64,000 nt of DNA from Wickerhamiella versatilis. Its lineage: Eukaryota. A program made the translations under genes and the position numbers. The stretch is from NCBI GenBank assembly GCA_030867685.1, contig JAQOWU010000008.1, positions 558,001 to 622,000 of the forward strand. Reading direction: 5' to 3'. Below the pieces are notes generated by a model. The model saw nothing but the letters and a program-made list of their open reading frames with translations, did no database searches and had not been told where the DNA came from. Each line of letters starts with the position of its first letter. Within the stretch, counting starts at the first letter, position 1. This document shows positions 20,681 through 30,380 of this stretch, piece by piece.

Positions 20681-21688
20681 TCAATGTCTTTTCTCATCGA
20701 ACCAACCTAAATTATTTTGATACCAATGCCATGTCTTAGCCATACCTTCATTAAAAGACTCTAATGGTCTCCATCCCAGCTCAGCCTTGGCCTTCGACCA
20801 GTCCATGAGATACTGCTTGTCATTATATGGCCTATCCTCTCCGTGGCTCACCCATCGCCTTCTAACTTGAGAATCATTAGGATCGAGCCCTGCCAGACAC
20901 AGCAAGGTGTCTAATATCTCCAAATTAGACTTTTGAGAGCTCACGCCATCAGGGCCAAAGTTATAAGTCTCACCTTTACGTCCACTAGTTCGTACCATCA
21001 TTATTGCCGAAACAGCATCGTCAATATAGAGATATCGGCGTGTTTGCTCCCCAGAGCCATGCAAAATACAAGGTGGATCATTTGTTAGCAGACGGTGAGC
21101 AAAGGTTGGCATGATCTTCTCTGGATACTGACGTGGGCCATAAACATTCTGAAGTCTAACGATTATAGAAGGGATGTTCCAACTCTTACGATATGCCTGT
21201 ACGAACATCTCTGCCGCGGCTTTTGAGGCAGAATAGGGGTTGGTAGGCTGCAATAGAGAATCTTCCTTAGCTGCAACGTCAGGATGACTATCGCCAAAGA
21301 CTTCATCTGTAGAGACATAAAGAAAAAGATCGATACGACTAGATTGACGTACACAATCAAGTAGCACTTGTGTTCCTAAAGTATTGCTCAAGAGAAAACG
21401 CGTTGGATCGGCAAAAGACCGATCGACGTGTGATTCCGCAGCGATGTGTATAATTTCAGAAACGTTGAATTCATCAATGGCTTTCTCCACATCAACACGT
21501 TGAGCAACATCGCCATGAACAAACCGGAAATTCTGGAATTCCCGTTTCATCATATCCACAGTGCGAGGACTTCCCGCATAAGTGAGAGCATCGAAACAGA
21601 TAACATTGCGAGTTGGATAAAGCTCGGCAATCTTCTGTACAACCCAAGATCCAATGAATCCAGCACCACCAGTTACAAGAATTGACAT
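20681..21688 (-). CDS. NDP(dTDP/UDP)-glucose 4,6-dehydratase (RmlB/TGDS-like)
   Basis: VTGGAGFIG, AAESHVDRSF, VSTDEV, PTNPYSASK, NVYGPRQYPEK, DRPYND. Confidence 0.92.
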   Translation of the reverse strand: MSILVTGGAGFIGSWVVQKIAELYPTRNVICFDALTYAGSPRTVDMMKREFQNFRFVHGDVAQRVDVEKAIDEFNVSEIIHIAAESHVDRSFADPTRFLLSNTLGTQVLLDCVRQSSRIDLFLYVSTDEVFGDSHPDVAAKEDSLLQPTNPYSASKAAAEMFVQAYRKSWNIPSIIVRLQNVYGPRQYPEKIMPTFAHRLLTNDPPCILHGSGEQTRRYLYIDDAVSAIMMVRTSGRKGETYNFGPDGVSSQKSNLEILDTLLCLAGLDPNDSQVRRRWVSHGEDRPYNDKQYLMDWSKAKAELGWRPLESFNEGMAKTWHWYQNNLGWFDEKRH

Positions 21689-21733
21689 GGGCTAATCAGA
21701 GTCGACGTTCTTTGTGTTTGCTGACTTGATCAG

Positions 21734-22957
21734 ATGCGGCCGCGCTTTACACAAACCAGTGCTGGTAGACCACAAGCGCGGCCTGCGATAGATTGTCTTC
21801 CCAATTTATCTGATTTAGCATTACACAAAGCCAAGGTCGATCAAATATTGGCAGCGTTGGATGGCCAGCGTCCATTAATAGTAATTTCGGGACCTGCGGG
21901 CTCAGCTAAAAGCACTGCGGTTCGTGTTGCATCTCGTTCGCTTGTAAAAAGAATTGTTGAATGGTCAGATCAAACCTATGCTGTTGGAGAAACATCCGTA
22001 ATGCAAAGTTTTCGTGATTTTCTCTCCGGTGCGGTATTGCAACCCTCAGATACTGTGATCCTTATAGATGAACTGCCAAACATCTTTCACGATGAAACCC
22101 ATAATCAATTTAAAGAAGCTTTGTGGCAATGGATCCAGTGCTCCACGGAAAACAGTCCTCACTTAGTTGTGGTATTCTCAGAGCTCGGTCAGACTACCAG
22201 TTACGCAGACTCCATGGTAGCCCAAAGGATATTTGGGGAAATATTAGAGGACGAACGATGTTGCTGGATTAAAATTAATCCTGTTAATAGTACCTTACTC
22301 ACCAAAACTTTATCAAGGTACACGGATACCCCTAAGGATCCCGCAGTGGCTAAATCTATTCGCATTTTGAGTCAGTCAGGAGATGTTCGACAGGCTCTGG
22401 TAGCTTTCTCTAATTGGCTTGACAGCCCTCGGTCTTCAGTGCCCTCGGTTCGTACAACTCAAGTTGGATTATTTCACTTGATTGGTAAATTAGTATTCGG
22501 AACAGAGACTTCCATTCAAGAATTGGAAAATATGATATTAGAATATGTCGATATCAAGGAAACAGTCCTTTTGACCCTGCTAGAGAATTATACCTCGGCA
22601 AAGTATCAACAGCTTGATATTCCAACAGTTAGCACTGCTGCAGAGTGGATGAGTTTGGGAGACTTAGGACTACCGCTGGCGGCTACTTCCCTTGGTGTCC
22701 ATGATACAATTAATGCTGCAAATCCTGATCCACTCCAACCACGGAAATTCAAGCCTTTGACATTTACGCAAGCTACGAAGTGGCGTGGTGAACGTGCCGT
22801 CTGGACTACAAGGGTTAGAAACGACTATGCCGAACAACGTGAGGTCGGCCCTGTATCAATATTGGCATCAATGGATATTCGTGCATTTAACTTAATGTCG
22901 ACTATGGATTTTCTAGATATCGACTCGGAGTCCGATAGCAATGACTCCGTATTCTAG
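21734..22957 (+). CDS. RAD24: Checkpoint clamp loader Rad24/Rad17, compact form
   Basis: LALHKAKV, Walker A-like GPAGSAKST, LIDELPN, GDVRQA, LFHLIGK; convergent with the GRX gene as RAD24-GRX4 are in S. cerevisiae. Confidence 0.8.
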   Translation: MRPRFTQTSAGRPQARPAIDCLPNLSDLALHKAKVDQILAALDGQRPLIVISGPAGSAKSTAVRVASRSLVKRIVEWSDQTYAVGETSVMQSFRDFLSGAVLQPSDTVILIDELPNIFHDETHNQFKEALWQWIQCSTENSPHLVVVFSELGQTTSYADSMVAQRIFGEILEDERCCWIKINPVNSTLLTKTLSRYTDTPKDPAVAKSIRILSQSGDVRQALVAFSNWLDSPRSSVPSVRTTQVGLFHLIGKLVFGTETSIQELENMILEYVDIKETVLLTLLENYTSAKYQQLDIPTVSTAAEWMSLGDLGLPLAATSLGVHDTINAANPDPLQPRKFKPLTFTQATKWRGERAVWTTRVRNDYAEQREVGPVSILASMDIRAFNLMSTMDFLDIDSESDSNDSVF

Positions 22958-22971
22958 GTATGAGACTTAAT

Positions 22972-23688
22972 TTATTTAGCTGCATCAAAAAAATGAGGGT
23001 CATCGGCAAGAGAGTCTCGAACAATATCCAATCCACCTTGAAGCTCGCCATTCATATAAAGCTGTGGATAGGTTGGCCAGTCAGACAACTCCTTCAAACC
23101 TTGGCGTACTGCATTATCCTTCAAAATATCAAAAAATCCAAAATGCACTTGGTTTTCTCGCAAGATACCCACTAACTGTCGAGAAAACCCACATTTGGGT
23201 GCCGCCGGAGTTCCCTTCATGAAAAGCATAACAGGTGCAGCCGCGATCAGCTTCTTCAGTCTATTGTCCAACTCTTCTTTGCTTTCTTCAGGCTCGTTCT
23301 GCGGTGTTACGGAGTTTGTACTGTCTGGAGTTATCCTAGAGCTTGACGGCGGATTTTGACCCTCTGTCATAGACTGAATAGCTGTTGCAAGACCTTTGGG
23401 ATCGGCGCCGCTAAGCTCCTTCACAATCATTTTATTTTTAAGAAAAACAAAATAAGGTACAGCACTCACATCCAGCATCTCACTAATGTCCGGGAAATTA
23501 TCAGCATCGACGGTTAAGAAAAGATGCTGTGGGTACACTTCAGCTAGACCATTGAAGACGGTACTCATGTGCTTGCAAGGCTCAGCCCATGAAGTTTGGA
23601 AATACACCACCAAAAGTTTGGACGGCCCAGATTCGTTCGTGAGCTGATGGAACTGCTGGTCGCTAGAGATCTCAATCACTGACGCCAT
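22972..23688 (-). CDS. GRX3: Monothiol glutaredoxin (Trx + Grx domains)
   Basis: WAEPC, FMKGTP..PKCGFS, WPTYPQLY, GGLDI. Confidence 0.95.
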   Translation of the reverse strand: MASVIEISSDQQFHQLTNESGPSKLLVVYFQTSWAEPCKHMSTVFNGLAEVYPQHLFLTVDADNFPDISEMLDVSAVPYFVFLKNKMIVKELSGADPKGLATAIQSMTEGQNPPSSSRITPDSTNSVTPQNEPEESKEELDNRLKKLIAAAPVMLFMKGTPAAPKCGFSRQLVGILRENQVHFGFFDILKDNAVRQGLKELSDWPTYPQLYMNGELQGGLDIVRDSLADDPHFFDAAK

Positions 23689-23771
23689 CGACTTTGAATA
23701 ATTGATATTATGTAATGTATTTTTGACCTAAGCTGAAACTCTGTAAGTGCTTCTAATATCTAACGGCCTTT

Positions 23772-25055
23772 TTAGCCATCGTTGCCTAAGATACCTAAAT
23801 ATTCTGCTTTATCAAGGCGTGCTTGACGTCGATTGTTGTCTCTGTTTGCTTTTGAAACCGGTGAGGCATTTTGATCCCACTGTTCGTTTTCATGAGACTC
23901 AGATCGAGGGGTCGACACCAAAGCACTAATATCGCCATCGTAATCCTCGTCTTCGAAAATTCCTCGAAGAAAAGCATTATTGGCCAAATGGGTCTGAAGG
24001 CCAGGGCCAAAAACCCACCTAAGGTGTTCCACTGCGGCCAGTAGCTTCCAACTATTGATTTTGAGGGCTTTATGCTGTGATAGGCGAAAATGTGTCAATG
24101 TAGTAGGCTTAGAAGATGATGATGTTTTCAGAACATCTCGAATAATTGACTTACGAGACTTCTTGTCTCTTCTTGCAGTGCGATGGGAAGATTCTTGGAG
24201 AACTTCTTCTAGCTTGTCTTTTGGTTCTTCTAACTCTTCTTCGGGCCCATTGTATCTTTCCAAAACAACGCCAAGTAATTTAGCGGCAGTGTTCTGTACA
24301 TCGGGCGAGGGTGTATCAAAAAATTGAGAAATTGTCGGAAGAATATCGTTCTGAGCGAATACAGTTAACTCAGAACCAGAAAGAATAAACAGAATCAGTG
24401 AAACACCATTCAGCGCAGACGATGTTAGAGAAGCCTGGCCATTGACGGTAGTCTCAGCTATGCCTAAAAGTTCGTTGGCTATCTTGTCCATTCCATATCC
24501 GCCTCCACCAATATTCATGAAATAGGAATGCGTAGCGTATGCAATTGTGACCTGAGTCCTTAAAGTTGTACTGTTATTCTCTCCCAGAGCACATTTGAGA
24601 AGCGAAGGTAACATTCGTTGACTGACGAGTTCCTGTAAGTCTTCGCTTTGAGGGTGATTATTGTTGGCCATGGATAGTATCAAAGCTGATAATTGAGCAG
24701 CCAGAGCTGCTTCTAAGTCGCTGCGGTGGGTAATAAATGCATCTATAATGGCAGCAAACAACGGCACACTTACTAGCTCTGGTTCATACTTTAGCGTTAA
24801 TACATTGAGTATATCCGAGAGTGCCTTTTCTCGGGCCAAAAGGGCCGTTTTTCGACGATCATATTGCAGAATGGTGACGCTATGCAAAAATGCATCTTTT
24901 TTCTGAACATCCCCGTCCGCGAACGTGAGCTCTTGCAGCCTTTGATGGAGCTCTCCTGTTATCAATGGACTATGATAGTCTGATTCATCCGGTGTCTGTG
25001 CCACGGGTGTTCCCAGACGTGACCCTGCCTTACTTGCCACTCGGCTTGCGGTCAT
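23772..25055 (-). CDS. IFRD (interferon-related developmental regulator) domain protein
   Basis: ARM-like helical composition; ESSHRTARRDKK..KSIIRDVLKT and INSW...HLRWVFGPGLQTHL..NAFLRGIF. Confidence 0.7.
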   Translation of the reverse strand: MTASRVASKAGSRLGTPVAQTPDESDYHSPLITGELHQRLQELTFADGDVQKKDAFLHSVTILQYDRRKTALLAREKALSDILNVLTLKYEPELVSVPLFAAIIDAFITHRSDLEAALAAQLSALILSMANNNHPQSEDLQELVSQRMLPSLLKCALGENNSTTLRTQVTIAYATHSYFMNIGGGGYGMDKIANELLGIAETTVNGQASLTSSALNGVSLILFILSGSELTVFAQNDILPTISQFFDTPSPDVQNTAAKLLGVVLERYNGPEEELEEPKDKLEEVLQESSHRTARRDKKSRKSIIRDVLKTSSSSKPTTLTHFRLSQHKALKINSWKLLAAVEHLRWVFGPGLQTHLANNAFLRGIFEDEDYDGDISALVSTPRSESHENEQWDQNASPVSKANRDNNRRQARLDKAEYLGILGNDG

Positions 25056-25161
25056 ATACGGCAACTAGGTAATCGTCTTGATCTGGCTTCGTCAGCCGTT
25101 TATATAAATTGAATTCCGGATAGTGCAGTAATGATATCTGGCTATAAATTTATGTACATTT

Positions 25162-25998
25162 TTAACTAGGAAGTAGCTTATCAAGATTTCTGCCAGTATC
25201 CGACTGATCAGACTTTTGTGTGACAGAGAGCATTACCTCGCCATTTTGTCTGGACTCTGCTCTAAACGGATAAACATCCCTTGGAGTTTTGTGCATCAAA
25301 AAGCTGGCATCAGGCTGTCGTGAAATCCTCGCAACAAATCCTGCAACCGCTACTCTTCCATCGGTTGATGCGCTTGACCGTAAGAACCTGCCCTTGGTCG
25401 GTCGTGCGGTAGTCATACCATCAGGACTATTATGGAGTGTTCCTTTCTGAGCATATGAGAGACCAACAGCTGAAGTACCCGTATCGTCTTCATTTCCATC
25501 TAAAGATCCTTCGTCAAGTTTCAAGAAGCGTTCAATGTTTCTGACAGCCTTCCCTTGACTTTGACTGTCTAGGTTCTTGACATATTCGGGGCCCCGAAGC
25601 CGTGCTTGAGCTAATATCCGTCGCTTTTGAGATTTTGAAAGGTTGATAGCACTCTTTGGTGGCCTTTTTCCAGCCTGAAAAAGAGATGGAATTTCTGGAC
25701 AGGCCCCTTGCAAAGTGACTAGTTGACCCAGTTCATTAAACATTTGAAGCTTCGTAGCAAAATCAGTTTTATACTCAACATCAGGTAGCCCAATATTACT
25801 ATCTATCCCTTGATATTGTATCGTTTTCGTTGATGCGGCTTCTGGTAGATTGGCTTTCAGACCCCAGTCCCTTCTATGCAATGAGGCACGTGTAGTCTCG
25901 AGTACTTGATGTTGCGGGACGCTAGAGCTCTTAATTTTCAGGTCTTGGGGCAACGATACCACCTTTGATCTCCTGAGTAGACCTCGAAACTGCGACAT
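25162..25998 (-). CDS. MRP51: Mitochondrial small ribosomal subunit protein bS1m
   Basis: FRGLLRRSK, HQVLETT..SLHRRDWGLK, GLSY, VAVAGFVA. Confidence 0.75.
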   Translation of the reverse strand: MSQFRGLLRRSKVVSLPQDLKIKSSSVPQHQVLETTRASLHRRDWGLKANLPEAASTKTIQYQGIDSNIGLPDVEYKTDFATKLQMFNELGQLVTLQGACPEIPSLFQAGKRPPKSAINLSKSQKRRILAQARLRGPEYVKNLDSQSQGKAVRNIERFLKLDEGSLDGNEDDTGTSAVGLSYAQKGTLHNSPDGMTTARPTKGRFLRSSASTDGRVAVAGFVARISRQPDASFLMHKTPRDVYPFRAESRQNGEVMLSVTQKSDQSDTGRNLDKLLPS

Positions 25999-26108
25999 CA
26001 CAATCACTAGAAGGCTTTGTCAGAATAAGCACACACTTTTTTGTGCACACTGGTTCCTATGCTACCTGCGCTTCTGCTATATACAATTAATTAGAAAAAG
26101 TTTATTGT

Positions 26109-27053
26109 TTATTTGAGGTTTTTAAAGCTGTGTTCTGCTGAGCCACGAGCCTTTGGCTGCTGCTGGATAGAGGCATCGTGCTTCCAGCCCATCATGAATA
26201 CAACTCTAAAGGTGGCCGGAACAGATCCATCTGGCTCACCATGCATTTCTCTATAAATCGCGTTTGCCAATTGTAAAAGAACTGGAGGAATAGACTGAGG
26301 GCGGGCCTTCACTGCATTGGACTCCCCCATGGCCTGTAAGTCATCCATTAAGGCGAACATATCAGGATAACCTACTACAATATCCTCAACATCTATTGTC
26401 AAAAGTTTAAATCCTGCTTGCTGAAGGAGATTCCCTAAATCCCTTACATCCGCTAAGGGACTTAAACGGGGTGAAATTCGTCCGTAGCGTTCCATTTCGG
26501 CAAGTTGTAATGATGTTCTGAGCTCAAAAAGGCTATCACCTCCTATCATATTGGCCATGAACATACCATCTGGCACAAGCATCCTCTCTATTCGACCCAG
26601 TGCACCAGGTAAGTCATTAATCCAATGCATTGACATCGAGCTGATAACAGCATCGACGGTGTTATCACCAGGAAACCAGGTTTCTTCATCAGCAGCTACA
26701 CGTGTAATGTCGAGCTGTTTGTTGAACTCTAAATCAGCGTCGCGATAAAGAAGTTTACGGCTTCCGTCCACCATGATAATTTTACCAAACCTTTCTCTCA
26801 CAGCTTGAGCATCTAGCGTTGGTTGGCACAAAGCCTGTTCTATTAAACCAGAGCCTGCGCCAAAGTCTACCACACGGCTTGGATGCCTCGCAATCAATGC
26901 TAATCGTTCTACCATACGATTTGCGAGCTCTTGGCGTAGGTAGTCCGATTGACGGCTTTTTCCTAAATCTTGGGCTGCCCTGTTACGTTGTGATATTTTT
27001 GCGTTTCTGCTGAATACCTCGAATGCACTTCGGACTGCAGAAGTTATCCGCAT
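26109..27053 (-). CDS. NDUFAF5: Mitochondrial SAM-dependent complex I assembly factor (NDUFAF5 family)
   Basis: F.R..K..QR.RAA, SMHWINDLPG, GGDSLFELRTSLQLAE, RLSP, DLQAMGESNA, PATF. Confidence 0.92.
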   Translation of the reverse strand: MRITSAVRSAFEVFSRNAKISQRNRAAQDLGKSRQSDYLRQELANRMVERLALIARHPSRVVDFGAGSGLIEQALCQPTLDAQAVRERFGKIIMVDGSRKLLYRDADLEFNKQLDITRVAADEETWFPGDNTVDAVISSMSMHWINDLPGALGRIERMLVPDGMFMANMIGGDSLFELRTSLQLAEMERYGRISPRLSPLADVRDLGNLLQQAGFKLLTIDVEDIVVGYPDMFALMDDLQAMGESNAVKARPQSIPPVLLQLANAIYREMHGEPDGSVPATFRVVFMMGWKHDASIQQQPKARGSAEHSFKNLK

Positions 27054-27095
27054 CTTGTTCAATAATTATCGATGATGTAATAAAACGGTTCGGCT

Positions 27096-27998
27096 ATGGA
27101 AGGGAGGGGTCGTTTGCCTGAAATAATGGTAGCTCTACGCTCTCCTACTCAGTTTAAAGATATTTTTACAGCTGTAGCTGCTGTTGATCGTACGTGTCAA
27201 ATGCGTATTGCCAGTGACCTAATTACCCTGTTCTCTTCCCGTAACCATGGGGCTCTACAAATATGGGTCTACCTAGCTAAAGACTATGCGTTTCAATCGA
27301 TTCAAGCATATCCTAATGTGGACACCTTCATGGAGCTTCGAGCAGATCTACTTCCACAGGCATTTCGTAGTTATAATGGTGTGGATGATGTGGTTCTACG
27401 TATTGACAACAAGGGAAATGCAATGAAACGGTTGAGAATTCGTACGGCTAGTATTGATCTTGAGGGTAATGAGATGGTTTCGGTTAAGCAAGTTCTTTAT
27501 GCACGCTCGCTTGAGCCAGATGAATTGCTTGAAGAGCCCCGAGTTGATGGTCGCGAAAAGTTCGCTGAGCCAAGTAGAAAACAATTGCGACAGATTTTTG
27601 GAGTTTCTGATAAGTATAGTCAGATGAATGGTAAAATACGAATATCGCTCTCTGATTCAGGAATTTTGACCATCCTTGCCGAGAACCAGTTTGTCCGTGC
27701 TTCAGCTTCATGGACTGTGACCATGCCGGAATTAATTGACGAGCAAACTACAACGGAGCACCGTCCTGCATTTTCACAAGAATCCAACCAGTCTCAATCG
27801 GAGACTAATCAGAATTCCCCTTGTTCATGCACAGTCCCTGCAAAAGATTGGTGCAATACATTTACATCTATCCATGTCTTCCGTCGATTTATTATAGGGG
27901 TCGTCGATAGTCGGGCAGTTGTAGTGCATGCGTATCTCCGTGGTGATGATGACAACATGGTTTCCTATTATCTGCCACAAAGCGCAGCAGCATCTTAA
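27096..27998 (+). CDS. 9-1-1 checkpoint clamp subunit Hus1/Mec3-like (divergent)
   Basis: PCNA-like length and pattern (QIWVYL..YAF, DKYSQM...IRISLSDSGIL, C-terminal SYYLP); recognised by pattern only. Confidence 0.6.
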   Translation: MEGRGRLPEIMVALRSPTQFKDIFTAVAAVDRTCQMRIASDLITLFSSRNHGALQIWVYLAKDYAFQSIQAYPNVDTFMELRADLLPQAFRSYNGVDDVVLRIDNKGNAMKRLRIRTASIDLEGNEMVSVKQVLYARSLEPDELLEEPRVDGREKFAEPSRKQLRQIFGVSDKYSQMNGKIRISLSDSGILTILAENQFVRASASWTVTMPELIDEQTTTEHRPAFSQESNQSQSETNQNSPCSCTVPAKDWCNTFTSIHVFRRFIIGVVDSRAVVVHAYLRGDDDNMVSYYLPQSAAAS

Positions 27999-28020
27999 TA
28001 TCCTATCCTTAAGTATTTAT

Positions 28021-29169
28021 TCACTTGAAAGAGCTCATGAAGTTAGCCAAAATATCGATATCTTCAGGCGTAATGGCATTATAATTTGAGATTCGGATAC
28101 CACCTACTGAGCGGTGGCCTTTGAGGGCTAGTAGTTTGTGCTTAGCAGCTTCCTCAAGGAAACGCGATTCTGTTGTCGAATCTGGTAGCTTAAACACGAT
28201 GTTCATACGTGACCTAGCTGCGGGCTCGACCTCGGTAATGAAGTCAGAGTTCCTGTCGATCAGTTCATACAGCTTGCGAGCTTTACTTTCTGCCTCCAAT
28301 GACTGCGCTTCTATGCCGCCTCGCTGTAAGAGCCCGCCAAGTACAAGGTTTATACACTCAACAGCGAAGATAGATAGAGTATTATAGGCGCTATTGTTTT
28401 TGGCAATTAGACCAAGATCAAGCAAACTTGGTGCCACTGGAACACCAGAGTTTCGGAGTAAAGCAGGATCAGCATCAAGACAGGCCTTAATTATGTCTTT
28501 GCGAACAATATATACAGAAATGCCTGGTATCCCTACATTCTTCTGTGCTCCTCCAAAAATAATTGCATGACGACTCACATCAATCGGTCGACTCAGGAAA
28601 TTACTGGACACATCCACTACGAGATCTGTGCCCTCCGGTACCTGAGGAACACCTTTGAACTCGATACCGTGAACGGTTTCATTATCGCAATAGTACACAT
28701 AAGCCGTATCTTCAGCAGGGCTAAACTTGTATTCAGTCTCCTTAGGGATACCAGTAAACTTACCGTTAGAGTTTTTTCCACTGCATACAATGTTTGTAGG
28801 TACACCAAGCCGTTGGGCTTCCGATATTGCCTTACTGCTCCAGGACCCTGTTACAAAATAATCACCACGACCCAGTTTTCCTGTCTTAGAAAAGTGAAAT
28901 GCCTCCATAGCATATGTCACTGCGGCAAACCCACCAGTGCCACCTCCTTGAACGAATAAGACTTCGTGAGTATCTGGCACTTTGAGAAGCTCCACTATTT
29001 TGGTCTTGGTATCATTGATGATATTTGTCGCTTCCTTTGAACGATGTGAAATTTCACCAAGTCCTACACCGCAATTTCCATATTCAATAAATTCCTCTGC
29101 AGCTCTCTCTACCGCAGCCGTAGGAAGTGCGGCTGGTCCTGCTCCAAAATAATGTACGTCTCTCACCAT
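28021..29169 (-). CDS. SER1: Phosphoserine aminotransferase
   Basis: FGAGPAALP, EISHRS, QGGGT, TGSWS, NETVHG, GAQKN, GHRSVGGIR. Confidence 0.97.
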   Translation of the reverse strand: MVRDVHYFGAGPAALPTAAVERAAEEFIEYGNCGVGLGEISHRSKEATNIINDTKTKIVELLKVPDTHEVLFVQGGGTGGFAAVTYAMEAFHFSKTGKLGRGDYFVTGSWSSKAISEAQRLGVPTNIVCSGKNSNGKFTGIPKETEYKFSPAEDTAYVYYCDNETVHGIEFKGVPQVPEGTDLVVDVSSNFLSRPIDVSRHAIIFGGAQKNVGIPGISVYIVRKDIIKACLDADPALLRNSGVPVAPSLLDLGLIAKNNSAYNTLSIFAVECINLVLGGLLQRGGIEAQSLEAESKARKLYELIDRNSDFITEVEPAARSRMNIVFKLPDSTTESRFLEEAAKHKLLALKGHRSVGGIRISNYNAITPEDIDILANFMSSFK

Positions 29170-29353
29170 GACTCACAGATAGATCTTAATAATTACATGT
29201 ATAATGTGTATACTTATGGTATGGATGCGTGTGGTGATGTGTCCTGAAATAGTAGTAATAGTTTGTTTTATTTGCGCAGATAAAAGCGAGTCATGGATTT
29301 TATTTATTGTCTGCACAAAAATTATTAAATAAAGCATAAATAAGACAAACAGA

Positions 29354-30145
29354 TTAAAATCGGGGATGCCTCTTCCTGCCACTAAATTTAGAGTCTGCTG
29401 GTACCGCCTTTCCTCTTCGACGCTGTACATCCTTTTTCCTTTTGATGAACGAGTATTTATCTTCGCCTTGGTTCTTACCTCTTCTTCGTGATTTCATAGA
29501 ATCCACTTCAACATTCTTTAAATTTAACTGGCTTTCGCCTTCTCCAGCCGTAAGAACAAGGTAATATTTTTTATTTTTTTTCGACTCAGGATGATCAATA
29601 ATAAGTCCGCCGCCAAAGCCCGTAACTTTTGCTGCATGTGTAATTAATTCTGTCTGTTTTTCGTCACTAGGGTAGAACTGGCATACTGCCCTACCACCTC
29701 GTTTAAGGGAGGCATACAATGTCTGGAAAAAGAATAGCAGCCGTTTTCTTGGATTTGCTTCGGCAGTATCAGCATTGCAAAGCCACTGAATTGCCGAAAT
29801 GGAGATTGCAGCGTCAAAAGATCCAGCTCGGAAAGGAATGCCAGCACCTATATCTGAAAGCATTAGATCCCCTGTTACATCACGATCTAAAGCAGTTCCA
29901 AGCATAGCTGCAGAAATATCCATACCTATCCAAACGTGTCCTTCTTCTGTCAAAATTTCTCCGCTCAAACCACTGCCGCATCCAATATCTAAAATATGTT
30001 GTCCTCTTGGCAGATTCATTAAGTCGAGAGCTCTCAGCGTCATCTCTGCTTGAATTTGTTGGATTCGAGTATTGTGTGTATATTTTGTTGTCTCATCCTC
30101 ATTGTAGAATATCTCAGGTGGTGCGATGTGTTCAGGCCGAGACAT
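29354..30145 (-). CDS. BUD23: 18S rRNA m7G methyltransferase
   Basis: MSRPEH.APPEIFY, LDIGCGSGLSG, ISISAIQWLCNA, DSKFSGRKR. Confidence 0.97.
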   Translation of the reverse strand: MSRPEHIAPPEIFYNEDETTKYTHNTRIQQIQAEMTLRALDLMNLPRGQHILDIGCGSGLSGEILTEEGHVWIGMDISAAMLGTALDRDVTGDLMLSDIGAGIPFRAGSFDAAISISAIQWLCNADTAEANPRKRLLFFFQTLYASLKRGGRAVCQFYPSDEKQTELITHAAKVTGFGGGLIIDHPESKKNKKYYLVLTAGEGESQLNLKNVEVDSMKSRRRGKNQGEDKYSFIKRKKDVQRRRGKAVPADSKFSGRKRHPRF

Positions 30146-30380
30146 GTGAAATTTGAATTCTGGGTGAGGGTAGAATTACGCTGCCTATGACTCGCTTACC
30201 CAAGCCGTCTTTTACTTCGTCACATGCATTCGATTTTTCAGCCCAATCCTTCAGAAACTACGGCACGGAGCGCATTGATTCCTTCTCTTATATGCTAGTC
30301 ATATATTGTATTTATGAATTTTAAGTGACACTTAGTTCGCAATGTTATTAAGCATCACACCGGGTTCAATTGCGTGAGCA

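Noticed and set aside
21890-21916. Non-canonical Walker A (GPAGSAKST) in RAD24 as a sign of inactivation
   Set aside because: Fungal Rad24 proteins tolerate a non-Gly residue at this position and the Lys is retained
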